DNA of 64,000 nucleotides. Origin: Octopus sinensis. Taxonomy: Eukaryota. The notes below the pieces were generated by a model. That model saw only the letters and a program-made list of their open reading frames with translations. It ran no database searches and was not told the DNA's origin. Location: assembly GCF_006345805.1 (NCBI RefSeq), contig NC_043009.1, positions 27,838,001-27,902,000 on the forward strand, given 5' to 3'. Made by a program: the position numbers and the translations under genes. Shown here one piece after another: positions 24,552-37,887 of this stretch. Each line of letters begins with the position of its first letter. Within the stretch, counting starts at the first letter, position 1.

Positions 24552-26600
24552 CATAGATATATATGTATGTATATATTGTCAATTAAAGACGACTTGAGAA
24601 GAGATGACAACTTTACAGTTTGAAGGATTTGGAAAAAAAGAAAGAGAGAAAAAGAAAAGCCAAAAAGAAAGAAAACATGTAGACACTTAGTGATGTAGTC
24701 ATGCAGAAATGTATATATATATGTTTGTGTGTGTGTGTGTGTGTATGTGTGTGTGTTTCCACAAATGCACATATGTGTATGTGTATGTACATTAAGTGTC
24801 ACATATTTTTATATATACTTTACTTTGCGCATGCATACGTTCTTACGGTACACATTGAAGCATAAACACCGCAATATTTACTCTGTTTAGCATGGAATAC
24901 AAACTGACATTCACACACACACACGTGCACACATACACATACAAACATACACATACACACACACAGAGAAATACATAAACTCACAAGTGTATGCATATTT
25001 ATGCATTTATACATGTAGATACTTATGTAACTGAACACACAGAAACACACCCACACAAACACACACACACGCACACCAAACACACACACACACACATATA
25101 TGAATAAATAGATGATAAACAGATGGACAGATTTATATGTATACATGTACAACCATACATATACAAATATACAAGCATTTATTTACATACATATATGTAT
25201 ATGCATGTACGTACGTATGCATGTATGTATGTATGTTTGTATGTACGTATGTATGTATGTATGTATGTATGTATGTATGTATGCACAGTTTCATTATTGA
25301 TTTGGAGGGGCAGGGGTTGATCTGTGATTGATTTATACAAATTCGATCACTAAATGCAGGAGCTTGTAAGTGGACACTTGATTTTCTAGAAATAGCAGTC
25401 AAATCTACCTCAAATTACACTTTGCTATGTTAACAAAGGACACATTGTGTGCTATGTGATTACAGAGTTCACTGCATATAGGAAAAAAAGATGGGATGTC
25501 ATGGTTGGAGTGCCTTCCATCACTGGTCTACTCGAACTGGAACAGCAACAACAACAACAGCAGCAACAACAGCAATAACAATAAGCACCAAGCAGTAGCT
25601 GCTGTGTGATCACTTGTTCACCCAACATGTTGAAAACTGCAGCCAAATCTCCCTCAAATTATACTCTATTCTCTTAAGAAAAGGAAGGACACGTTGTAGT
25701 CCTTGATACATTATGCTGGAAAAATGATATTAAAACAAAAATATGTAAAAAGACATGGTTACAACTGTTTGTCCATTTGGTCATAGTTGACCTGGGGCTA
25801 AAGAACAACAACAATGACGGCAACAACAACAACAACAAACAACACAGAATCTATGATGACCACAACAGCAACAACAACCAGTGCACTCTTCATCAATAAT
25901 AAATTTCATCTTTTACTGGTGTTGGCCATGCTAGGGCACCGTAATTAGTGTGATTGCTAATAATTATTGAAGAAAAAAGAACAAAAAAATTAGAAACTAA
26001 ACACAAAAAGATTTGTGGCCAAGCTGGGGCACCGCCATTAGTGTGATTACTAATAAAATGGAAAAAAATACACATACGTATAAAGAAATGCCACAAAACA
26101 ATGAATTGTAAAAATATAAGCCACCCCCACCTCATCCTTAGTGTCCCCTTAAGAGAAAAGGAAAAAGAAAATACAATAAAAGAATTCTTCCCATTTATTT
26201 CTCATCTCTGAAGTCAGAGTAATTTAAAATCATAGCAAAAAGAGAGAAAAAATATTATTTTTATTCTTTATAAAAATATATTTTTTATTTAACAACATCA
26301 TGTAAGTCTTGGAACTCACTTCTCATGCTTTCTTTCTCTTTCACTGCCTCTCTCTCTCTCTCTCTCTTTCTATCTATCTATCTTTCTCTCTGCCTTAAGG
26401 GTTTTTTTCTATCCATCTGCCCTTCTGTCTATCTATCAATCTATCAATTATCTATCATCAATCTAGCACAGAAACTAATAGATTTTTAAAGCCAGGTGTC
26501 TTTGTCATGGGAGAGTCTCTTTAATAAATGTCTTTTAATCTTTTGGCCCAAAATTGGACATTTTCCTATCACACACACACGTATATATATATATATAAAG

Positions 26601-26635
<35 letters not shown>

Positions 26636-27023
26636 ACACAAACAAGCATTCACACATACATATATCTACATATATGCACACACACGCACACACACACATA
26701 TATATATATATATAAATATATATATACATATATATTTACATATATTCATATATACCAATACATACATAGATACATATATATTTACATATGTATGTGTCTG
26801 ATATATAAGATTGTACATGTATATATGTATGTGTCTTTATAAATATATTTATGAGTGTGTGTGTGCGCGTGTGTGTGTGTTTGCATATAGATGCACACAC
26901 CACATGCGTATTCAATACACAGTGAGTAGTTTTATTTAGGAAGATATTCCTGTGTAAACCGTAGGATATCAAGTTTCAATTAAATGAGAGAAGAGGATAT
27001 CAACTAAAAGGTAATGCCTCCTC

Positions 27024-27057
<34 letters not shown>

Positions 27058-27283
27058 CTTCTGTGTGTATATGTGTGTATGTGTTTGTTTTGTGCATATG
27101 AACGCACGTATATATGCATGCCTGCACATATTTATTTCTATAAACTGAGACTCATATACATAAACATTAAAATACATACATACATACATACATACATGCA
27201 TAAATCCATATATACATACATACATACATACATACATACATACATACATAAATATACACAGAAATATGTATAAGGGAAATGAT

Positions 27284-27346
<63 letters not shown>

Positions 27347-27907
27347 TAGACAGATAAATAGTTGAGTGTCAGTGTATCTAGGTAATTAGATATACACATG
27401 TACATATATACATATATATATATATATATGTATACACACACACATACACACACTTATATATATACACACATATATATAATATATATATATATATATATGT
27501 GTATATATGTATACACATATATATATATGAATAGATTCAGTGATATATTTATAAATGGATGTATACGTTCAGTAATTAGAGACATGTGTGAGTGTGTATA
27601 TTCAGAGAAAGAAATAAAGAGAGAAGGAGAGACAGACAGCGAAAATGAAACACAACGCAGAGGAAGAAAGACAGAAATTAATAGGAATTGATAAGCAGAA
27701 ACGTAAAGTGAAGAGAAGGAAAGAAAGAAAGGAAGATAGAAACATATAACACTCTTGTATGTATACCTTTCTGATGTTAGTGTTTAGTTTAAGCTTAATT
27801 TTCCTTTACTCTGGGATTATTGAGTAAGTATTGCTAGTAATCTGCTATATATATATATACACACACACACATATAAATATACATGTATATATATATATAT
27901 ATAATAT

Positions 27908-28018
<111 letters not shown>

Positions 28019-29074
28019 ATATATATTTGGATATATAGACTGTTGTATATGTGTATTTGTATATTATATGTATGCGTGTATATCATCTCCTTAACTGACT
28101 TGACAAAAAGAGAAAGACTGCATGCTGTCACGGTGTATGTATATAGATAGACAGCAGTGTGGGAGTTTTGTTGTTGGCGAAAGAAGCTGCTGTGTCTGTG
28201 TGTTGGAATCGGTGAACGAGAAAGTAGAAGCCGTATGAGAGCTGTTTCTTACTCTTGACTTTACAAGATGTTGAATGAATGTATTAAAGGATAAATAAAT
28301 ACAAAATAATAATGATAATAATGATGATGATGATGATAATAATAATAATAACAATAATAATAATAATGATAATAATAATAATGATAATAATAATGATAAT
28401 AGTTGTAAAACCTCATTTGGAAAAGTGAATGAGAGGTAATAGAAAGTGGGTGAATGATGACAGAATGGAAGAGTAAGATTGGAGAGTGTGGAGAGAAAGA
28501 AGGCTACAAAGAGAAAGAGAGAGGAAACTATACGGCATCGACATAAGTTCGAGGGGATGAATAGCAGCAATGTTTTGTTAAATCTTCATTATTATAATTC
28601 CTTAATCAATAATAATTGTTTTGTTCCTTATCATTTTTGATAATGAAATTTGGATAGCATAGCCCAAAAAATATTTTTAAAAAAAAATAAATGGACAAGT
28701 GAGGGAAGCAAAACTGTCTTGCATTATGTTAATGTATAAATATTATAAACATCTATTCCTGATATAAACAAAACATTATTGACATATTAGTTTAACGGAG
28801 ATGATGATATTTATAAGGGATCTAACGAAGCAAGGGTAGTAGTGTATAGTGAACAATATATGTATGTGGTATATATTTTAGTTATATGTATACTATGTGT
28901 AATGACCCACAAATGAGGAGTGTGACAGCACGTCCTCAAAATAAAAACAAAAGACAACAGTTAAATATCGCTAATCACTAATAACTTTAATAATTGTAAA
29001 ACAAATCAAATGGCTGTTTGAGGTAATAAAGCATACACACACACATGTATATATAGATAGATATACATATATAG

Positions 29075-29105
<31 letters not shown>

Positions 29106-29320
29106 TACTTTGTTATATATATATACTTTGTTATATATATATATACTTTGTTATATATATATAGCTTTTGTTTATATATATATACTTTGTTATATGTATA
29201 TATGTGTGTGAGTAGCTAGCTATCTACTTATCTACCTATCTATCGTTCTTCCTTTCTTTCTATCTATCTATCTATCTATCTACCTATCTATCTATCTGCC
29301 TATGTATGTATGTATGTATG

Positions 29321-29407
<87 letters not shown>

Positions 29408-29971
29408 TTATCTCTGTATACAGCTATATATTATATAGTATATATTTCAAAACTGAAATTTCAAACTGCTGGGGAGAAAGATAGATAGAAAGAAATACAA
29501 AGTGGCAGAGAGAATCGTATTTCTCTACTAAGAAAATATATTTTTATTGTTGATAATAACATTCTAAGTAAGCTTGGCTAAAATTAAGATATTTGCAATG
29601 TTCAGATTCAGTTTCCTTAGATCTGTGTTCAAATCAGGCATGTGTCAGTTACTTACTCTTCATTTAATTAGGAGGGATAAATTGTTTACGAATAGCATGT
29701 ATGTTATATATACAGACAATTTATACATATAAGCATACACACACACACACACACACACACATACACACATGCAGGTTCAACAACAAGGGGTACATAATTG
29801 TTTCAACCTGTTAGAAACAACAACCAAATCTCTTTCAAATCACACCCTGCTGTTTTTAATAAAGTGGGGAGAAACACTTTCGGCAATGTAATTATAAATG
29901 TAGGAAAAAGATGGGATGAAATACTTTCGATTATGGGTCTGTTTAAACAGGGCTGACATCATCATCATCAT

Positions 29972-30228
29972 CTATTGACAAATAATGATAACAAGGGTTT
30001 CAAATTTTGGCATGAGTCTAGCAATTTTGGGCAGTGAGGCGGGCAGGGGTTGATTACATAATCCCTAGTGCTTGACAAGCACATTGTTTTATCAACCCTG
30101 AAAGAACAAAAGGTAAAGTTGACCTCCACAGTATTTGAACCCTGAATGTAAGGAGCTGGAAGAAATGTCACTAAGCATTTGTCCTATGCACTAACATTCC
30201 AACCAGCTCACTACTTTAATAATAATAA

Positions 30229-30271
<43 letters not shown>

Positions 30272-30291
30272 GGTGGTGGTGGTGTGGTGGA

Positions 30292-30339
<48 letters not shown>

Positions 30340-30575
30340 CGTAGTAGTAGTAGTAATTCTCTCTAATTTTGGCTCAAGGTCAACAATTTTCAAGAGAGGT
30401 GCAAGTTCGTTACATTGATCCCAATACTCAACTGGTTGTTTATTTGTTGACCCTGGAAGAATGAAAGATAAAGTCGACCTCAGTGAAATTTGATCTCAGA
30501 ACCTAAACAGCTGGAAGGAATAACATTAACCATTTTATCCAATATGCTAAGGATTTTGCCATTTCACCACCTTAA
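29972..30575 (-). mobile_element. Two SINE family B copies separated by a (TAA)(TAG)(TGG) microsatellite
   Basis: Units ~29972-30212 and ~30355-30575, reverse family B motifs. Confidence 0.85.
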
Positions 30576-30610
30576 CAACAACAACAACAACAAAAACAAC
30601 AACAACAATA

Positions 30611-31167
30611 AATGCCCTGATGCAGTACCAGGCAGTGGCTCTCATGGCTTCTGATCTCAACTGATTGGAAGTGTTATCATGTACATTGTTTTGTCTTAGT
30701 ATAAAAGATGGGCTACAGCAAATATTCTGCTCAATACCACAGATTTGCTTGTCAGTTGTTTGACCTTAACCAGTTGACCATGTCCCTTAGTGGCTGACAC
30801 TATGTGCATCTCTGATCACATGCAGAAGTAGTAGGAGAGCATCATAGCCATGTGTTGAGAGGGATTCTTGGAGGTTTGGATAATTCACCTCTGGAAACAT
30901 GGGTGATTCATTCAATATCCTTTAACAATCCTTATTCAGGGACCTTTTGAGTGGGATGGGTTACTCGACCAGAAGAAAATTCTAACTGGGCCCCACCTGC
31001 AAGGTCATGCACTGTTTATCTTGATATGAGATCACCATGTCATGCACATTTGGTTGTGATGCATGTGTCTGGTGCACCATTATCAGACGAGTAGTCATGA
31101 TGGGTATACTGGGCTTCGTATATTTTACCCTAGTGTCACTTTGATGGCATGCACTGTTCTCTCACTC
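30611..31167. mobile_element. 557-bp non-coding element bounded by (CAA)n and (AAT)n
   Basis: Complex, GC-richer block aatgccctgatgcagtacc...gcactgttctctcactc with sharp edges at trinucleotide repeats. I recall it as a common octopus repeat (unverified). Confidence 0.6.
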
Positions 31168-31179
31168 AATAATAATAAC

Positions 31180-31232
<53 letters not shown>

Positions 31233-31242
31233 TAATAATAAC

Positions 31243-31320
<78 letters not shown>

Positions 31321-31450
31321 AAGAAGAAGAAGAATTGTAAATATAAGGGCTTTTCACTATGCTAAAATTTCAAGTAATTTTTTAAAAATTGAAATGTTAT
31401 TTTATTTTTGTGATTAGCAAAGCATGGTTGTAAGTTATATATGCATACAT

Positions 31451-31603
31451 CAGCCATGAGCAGACCATGGCCTGTGTGGCCCATGGGACTTTCTGAAGAG
31501 CACAACACTAACAAATTACTTTGAATGTTTTAGCTGTGTGGCCCACCTGATGGTGAGCGATGTGCCATGCAGCCTACTTCTCACAAAAGGTTGCCCAATC
31601 CTG
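31451..31603. mobile_element. Decayed hAT-type MITE
   Basis: Ends cagccatgagcagacc / aaaaggttgcccaatcctg resemble CAGGGGTGGGCAAC-type TIRs; flanks gcatacat/gtatatgt could be a decayed 8-bp TSD (5/8). Confidence 0.45.
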
Positions 31604-31874
31604 GTATATGTGTATACGTGTTTGTATGTGTGTGTGTCTGTGTGTGTGCATGCATACAGTAATGTATGTAGCAGAGAAATTGATTTGATGGCCTTATATT
31701 ACAAGAAATTCTCTTTAATGATCATATATAGTTTTTTCAGTATGTGCATGTGTAATGCAGTGTGTGTATGTGTGTGTGTGTGTGGTATGATGTATGTGTA
31801 TGTGAGTGTGTGTGTGGTATTATGTATGTCTATGTGAGTGTGTGTGTATTACACACACACATGCACACACATAC

Positions 31875-32187
31875 TGGCACTCCATAGATTACGACAACGA
31901 GGGTTCCAGTTGATCCAATCAGTGGAACATTCTACTCGTGAAATTTGCTGAGCATTCCACAGACATGCACACACTTGAAGTTCTCAGGGAGATTCAGTGT
32001 GACACAGAATATGACTAGGTTGGCCCCTTTTGAATTACTGGTACAGCTCATTTTTTCCAGCTGAGTGGAGTGGAGCAATGTGAAATAAAGTGGTTCATTC
32101 TAGGTCGCATTGTACCACCAAGGAATTGAACTCATGTCCTTTTGAACGTTAACTGAATACCCTAACCAATTGGCCATGTGCCTTTAC
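31875..32187 (-). mobile_element. SINE family C copy
   Basis: Same body and tail as 12905-13197. Confidence 0.85.
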
Positions 32188-32307
32188 AGCACACATGTGT
32201 ATATACACAGATACACACATAGACACAAGCACACTCTTTTAGTTAAAAAGGGATCATAAAAAGAAATATAGATAGTCTCTTCCTAACATTTCATAATTAA
32301 AATATAT

Positions 32308-32630
32308 GGTAGCAAGCTGGCAGAAGCGTTAGCACACCGGGTGAAATGCTTAGCGGTATTTAGTCTGTCTGTACATACTGAGTTCAAATTTTGCTGAGGT
32401 TGACTTTGCTTTTCATCCTTTCACGGTCGATAAATTAAGTACCAGTTGCATACTGGGGTCAATCTTATCCCACTGGCCCCCTCCCCCAAAATTTCTACCC
32501 TTGTGCCTAGTGTAGAAAAGAATATAAGGTAGTGAGCTGGCAGAAATGTTAGCACACAAGGCAAAATTCTAAGCAGTATTTCATCTGTCTTTGCGTTCTG
32601 AGTTCAAATTCCACCAAGGTTGACTTTGCC

Positions 32631-32640
<10 letters not shown>
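32308..32640 (+). mobile_element. Two head-to-tail SINE family B copies (second truncated by (TA)n)
   Basis: ggtagcaagctggcagaagcgttagcac... then ggtagtgagctggcagaaatgttagcac... Confidence 0.9.
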
Positions 32641-32668
<28 letters not shown>

Positions 32669-32750
32669 TATATATATATTCCTCTATTTACATAATATCG
32701 AGGTCTCCTTCATTCTTTTGTTGTCTTGCCATTTCTATCAATATATGTAT

Positions 32751-32781
<31 letters not shown>

Positions 32782-32817
32782 ATTACACACACAAATATAC
32801 CCACAAATATATGTTAC

Positions 32818-32975
32818 ATCTGCTTTCCATGCTGGCATGGGTTGGTCAGTTTGAAAGGATCCATCACATCAGTGAAGTACATTGTTCCAATATTACAGTT
32901 TTGGTATGGTTCCTATGGCTGGATGTCAAAGCCTTGTGAGTGGATATGGTAGACGGAAACTGAAAAAAGCCTGTC

Positions 32976-33013
<38 letters not shown>

Positions 33014-33245
33014 GTATGTATTTGTTTGTATGTCTGTGTTTGTCCCACCACCACCATCGCATGACAACCAATGTTGGGATGTTTACGTCCCCGTAACTTA
33101 GCAGTTTGGTAAAATAGACTGATAGAATAAGTATTAGACTTACAAAAAATAAGTCCTGGGGTCGATTTGTTCGACTTAAGGCAGTGCTCCAGCATGGCCA
33201 CAGTCAAATGACTGAAGCAAATAAAAGAATAAAAGAATAAAAGAA
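32818..33245. mobile_element. Family D fragment (-) fused to a 5'-truncated family A copy (+)
   Basis: ctgctttccatgctggcatggg...ggctggatg joins directly to caaagccttgtgagtggat...gactgaagcaaataaaag. Confidence 0.8.
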
Positions 33246-33254
33246 CATTTTTTC

Positions 33255-33285
<31 letters not shown>

Positions 33286-34549
33286 CAAACACATGTACAT
33301 CCATATATACATATATAATAATAATAATATTAGGGAGTATAACTCCAAACTTACAGGGAAAAATTCAATTATGTTTTGGTTTATGTCTATCATTGTTTGA
33401 ATTGCATAACAGTGGTTTTATCTCTAATTTATATTTTATACATATATATATATATACACATGCACACATATATATAGTGCTGTGTAGGTGTTTCCTAACA
33501 TCGCTAATTTTATTTATTGTTGCTATTATGCAAAAGTGTCATAGGCCCAAAACGTTGCTTTTTCAGAAAACAAAAAAAATAGTTTCACCATTCCATAGCA
33601 AAACTGTTGGACTACACTTTGACAATTTTTGATATTTTGGTATTTGAAGCACCTGGAAATACGATAGTTTGAAGCAAAAGAACCGACTATTGCACACAAA
33701 AGTAAATATTGAAAAAATGCATTTGGCTAAATTTGGACATACGACAGTCAAACATAATAGTAACAATATATATATATATATTATATATATATATAAAATG
33801 TGTAGTTGTTGTTGTTGCTGATTAGCTCCAAGGCATTTCTAATTGAGAGCAGATATATATTCCCAAGCAATTTTGGCATTCACCATTGTCTTTCACCTAA
33901 GTGCAAAAAACCTAAAAATGCACCTTATCTAACATAATAACCTCTAAAACATCAAGATGGAATTTGAGGGGCAGTTGGCTATTATTTCTAGCAGGTCGAA
34001 TGCTCACATAGAGACTCCTATCACTTCCCAACACACACACACGCACGCACATGTGCACCCACACACATGGACATATACATGTACGTACATGCACATGCAC
34101 ACACATGTGGCATGCATATTTCGCAGAGTAGTAGTAGTAGTAATAGTGGCCGCAATAAAAATACAGGAACATTTGTCTGTGTGTTTGCGTGTCTCTCATA
34201 CGTGCTGCTGATACCCTGATCTCAAATGTCCAGCTACACCCACACAAATACTCACATACATATATATCCTCATATATACATGCACCCATGTGTGTGTGTG
34301 TGTGTGTGTGTGTTTGTTCTTAATTGTACATAAATCTGTTTCTGTCAGTGAGGAATTACATCAAACTCTTTAGTCATTCCGTGCATCTGTCTTATTTTAT
34401 TTTTACTACTTTTAACATTACACAAATGGATTACCACGTAATTCCACTTATAACCATAGATTTATATTTTGACAATGTGTATATACAAAAAGGATCGTCT
34501 TAGCTCGAAAAATTCGATACTACCTCTTTTTCTTTATGTTTACAATTAT

Positions 34550-34654
34550 ACATCTATCCTTCTCTCTCTCTCTCTCTCTCATTCTATCTCTGTCTATTTG
34601 TATCTCTTTCTCTGCCTTTCTGTTTATCTATCTATCTATCTATCAATCTCTCTC

Positions 34655-34687
<33 letters not shown>

Positions 34688-34774
34688 TTATCTATCTGTC
34701 TGTCTATCTATCTATCTATCTATCTATTTATCTATCTGTCTGTCTATCTATCTATCTATTTATCTATCTGTCTG

Positions 34775-34847
<73 letters not shown>
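34550..34847. repeat. (CT)n/(TATC)n/(TGTC)n compound microsatellite
   Basis: Direct reading. Confidence 0.95.
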
Positions 34848-35288
34848 GCAGCGATTGGTGTGTCTGTGTGTCTGCCTGTCAGTTTGCCTGTTTATTTATC
34901 TGCCTACGTCTTCTCTCCCTCTCACTCTTTATCACTTTGTGTGCGTGATTGTGTATGTGTATGTATGTGTCTGTGTGCATGCGCACACAAACACACACAT
35001 GCACACACACACACAAATGATCTGCTTTAGTTATAACAGAAGTACTCAATACCAAAATAATGTAGAGGTAAAGGATGTTTTTACTTGTATTTTATCAAAT
35101 AAAAAGACCATATATACATATATGCCAATACACACAAACACACACACATGTATGTATATATGTGTATATATATATGCATGCGTGAGTATATGCATATATA
35201 TGTGTATATATGTATATAAACTTGTATATATGTATGCATATATATAAATATGTATCTATTTGTATATATGCATATATATATATGTATA

Positions 35289-35326
<38 letters not shown>

Positions 35327-35599
35327 TAGAATAGTGGTATGACAATGCACCAATATATATTTATACTTGCACACACATACGCACACACATCCATGTGCAT
35401 GTGTGTGCTAGTTCAGTTGAGCAAAGCGTAAATGTGAAGCATACATTCACACACACATATACACACATACAGTCCATTATGCAGGAATTCGCCAAGATCC
35501 AGTGTGTATGTGTGTACGATCCAGTGAATCATTTTATTAGCTGTCGGGACATGAAAACATCAATACTGAAGCATGATCTTTAAATATATTTATCAATCG

Positions 35600-35935
35600 A
35601 TGCCAGCCCCCTTGCCCCAACTGGCTTCTGTGTCGGTGGCATGTAAAAAGCACCATCTGAATGTGGCCAATGCCAGTACCACTTAGACTGGCTTCCGTGC
35701 TGGTGGCACATAAAAAGCACCATCCGATCATGGTCTATGCCAGCGCCATCTGACCCCTGTGCCAGTGGCATGTAAAAAGCACCCACTACACTCACAGGGT
35801 GGTTGGCGTTAGGAAGGGCATCCAGCTGTTGAAACACTGCCAGATCAGACTAAGTCTGGTGCAGCCTAGTGGCTTTCCAGACCCCAGTCGAACCATCCAA
35901 CCAATATCGATGATGATGATGATGATGATGGTGAT
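35600..35935 (+). mobile_element. Family D element with three internal ~65-bp tandem units and (GAT)n tail
   Basis: gtggca(t/c)(g/a)taaaaagcacc occurs three times, then ggttggcgttaggaagggcatccagctg and (gat)n. Confidence 0.85.
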
Positions 35936-36040
35936 GAATGAATCAATCAATAAATTCCTATGAAATATCCATGAGTGAAATTATGGGATCTATATGTACA
36001 GTTATACAGTCCCTGTTGAAATATTGAGAATATTTACAGA

Positions 36041-36210
36041 TGTGGGCATGGATGTGTGGTTAAGAGGCTCACATTCGTGCTTGATGGTTTTCGGTTCAGT
36101 TCCACTGCTTGGCATCCTGGGCAAAGAGTCTTCTGCTTGAGTTTCAGACTGATCAAAGCATTGTGTGAGTAGATTTGATAAACGGAAGCTGAAAGAAGCC
36201 TGTCATATTC
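36041..36210 (+). mobile_element. SINE family A 5' half
   Basis: Head through gaaagaagcctgtc, then runs into microsatellite. Confidence 0.75.
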
Positions 36211-36776
36211 GAGCATACATACATACACACACACACACACACAAATTTATATATCCATCTGTCTATCTATATTTATCTATCTATTATCTATCTGTCTACC
36301 TGTCTGTCTATCTATTGAGCGATCTACCTACCTACCTACCTACCCACCTTGCTACCTCTCTGTCTGTCAGTCTGTCTGTCCATCCATCTATCCATCCGTC
36401 AGACTATGGGACCTGGTATGGCTCCTGCCTTGCCAGCTCCTGCCATCCAAGCTATGCCAGCATGGAAAATGGATGTTAAATGATGATGAAGATGATGATG
36501 ATGATGTTGATGATATGTGTGCAGTCACAGGTAGGTTAGTATTAAAAGGGTAGATAATTAAGAAAGGTGAAAAGACAAAATGTTTCTGTAAAAACTGAGA
36601 AAGAAAGAAACTAAATATGGTTATTTCTGTTGTTGTTGTTTAACCCAAGGCAAATCTCTGACAAAGTAGACCTACGATGAAATATATCTCATATCTTACC
36701 ATTCTCTTTGATTTTCTGTGAACAAAAATCATATCTGGGACTACAGTATCGAACAGGACCTTTTTTCCTTTTCTTT

Positions 36777-36986
36777 TTAACCCTTTAACATTCAAACCGA
36801 CCATACCCTGCTGAAATATTCCCCGTTTTAAGCTCAAACCTGCCAGATTCAACCTCTCGCACTTACCCTACAATGTCATTCTAAAAATAAGCATTCACAT
36901 CATGAAAATCTCCAAGCTGCAAGATAATCCATGATTAATTCCAAACGATGTGGATAAATAAGGATTACATTTGATAAAATAATCTG
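36777..36986. mobile_element. Partial piggyBac-like MITE (same family as 44919-45146, opposite orientation)
   Basis: TTAA-ccctttaacattc start; body is the reverse complement of the 44919-45146 element; second TIR missing. Confidence 0.7.
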
Positions 36987-37289
36987 ATTGGATTTGGGGA
37001 AAGTGAGATTTTAGGGAGATTTGGCTGTTATTTCTAGTAGAAGGAATGACCACCATGTCGATAGATCATTGTTGCTAGTCCTTTTTCCGTACTTCACCGA
37101 TCCATCCATCCATAGATTCTTTAGTGGGAAGCTAGGGTGGAGAGGTAAAGTTGACTTTTAGAAGGGATTAATTGAAAGGTGTAGAAATAGAGAGATAAAA
37201 GCCAGCATTGTATGGGCTGCTGCTGCCGCTGCCGCTCTGTGTGTGTGTGTGTGTGTGGTGGGGGCTGTCGGTGTCTGTGTGTGTATTAC

Positions 37290-37856
37290 AAATAGAGAGA
37301 AAGGAAAAGAAGTAGAAGGAAGACTTAAATAGCAGAAAGGAAATTAAAAGAAAGGCAACAAAAGAACCATATAAGCTGTGAGGGAAAGGAAAGGAAAGAA
37401 AAGGAGAAAGAATGAAAGGAGGGAAGGAAGGAAGAAGAGATGAAAGACACAAGGAAAGAAAGAAAGAATGAGTGAATGGATGAGTGAATGAGTGAATGAA
37501 TGAAAGGTAGAAGAAATGGAAAAAAAGAAGAATGAATGAAGATAGACAGTCGGACAGACAGACAGACAGATTGAAAAAGAAGGAAATAGAAAGAAAGAGA
37601 GAGTGGTAGAAAAAGAGAGAGAAATAAGACAAATAGGAAAAGGCTGTGAAGTAAGAGCAAGAGAGAGGGTGGGATGAAGCTATGAAGGTAAGCGTAAGAG
37701 AGAGGTGAGAAAAGCTACAAGAAGGAGAGAGAGAGAGAGACAGACAGAGTAAACTTTAAAAGAAGAGAAAGAGAAGGTAAATATACAATAGGAAAAGAAA
37801 GAAAAAAAAGAAAGATTGATAGATAGAAGATAGATAGAGAGAGAGAGAGAGAGATT

Positions 37857-37887
<31 letters not shown>

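Noticed and set aside
29101-35935. Regularly spaced repeats as possible CRISPR-like arrays (29.1 kb, 35.6 kb)
   Set aside because: Spacers are TA runs or homologous repeat units, not unique; eukaryotic context, no cas genes.
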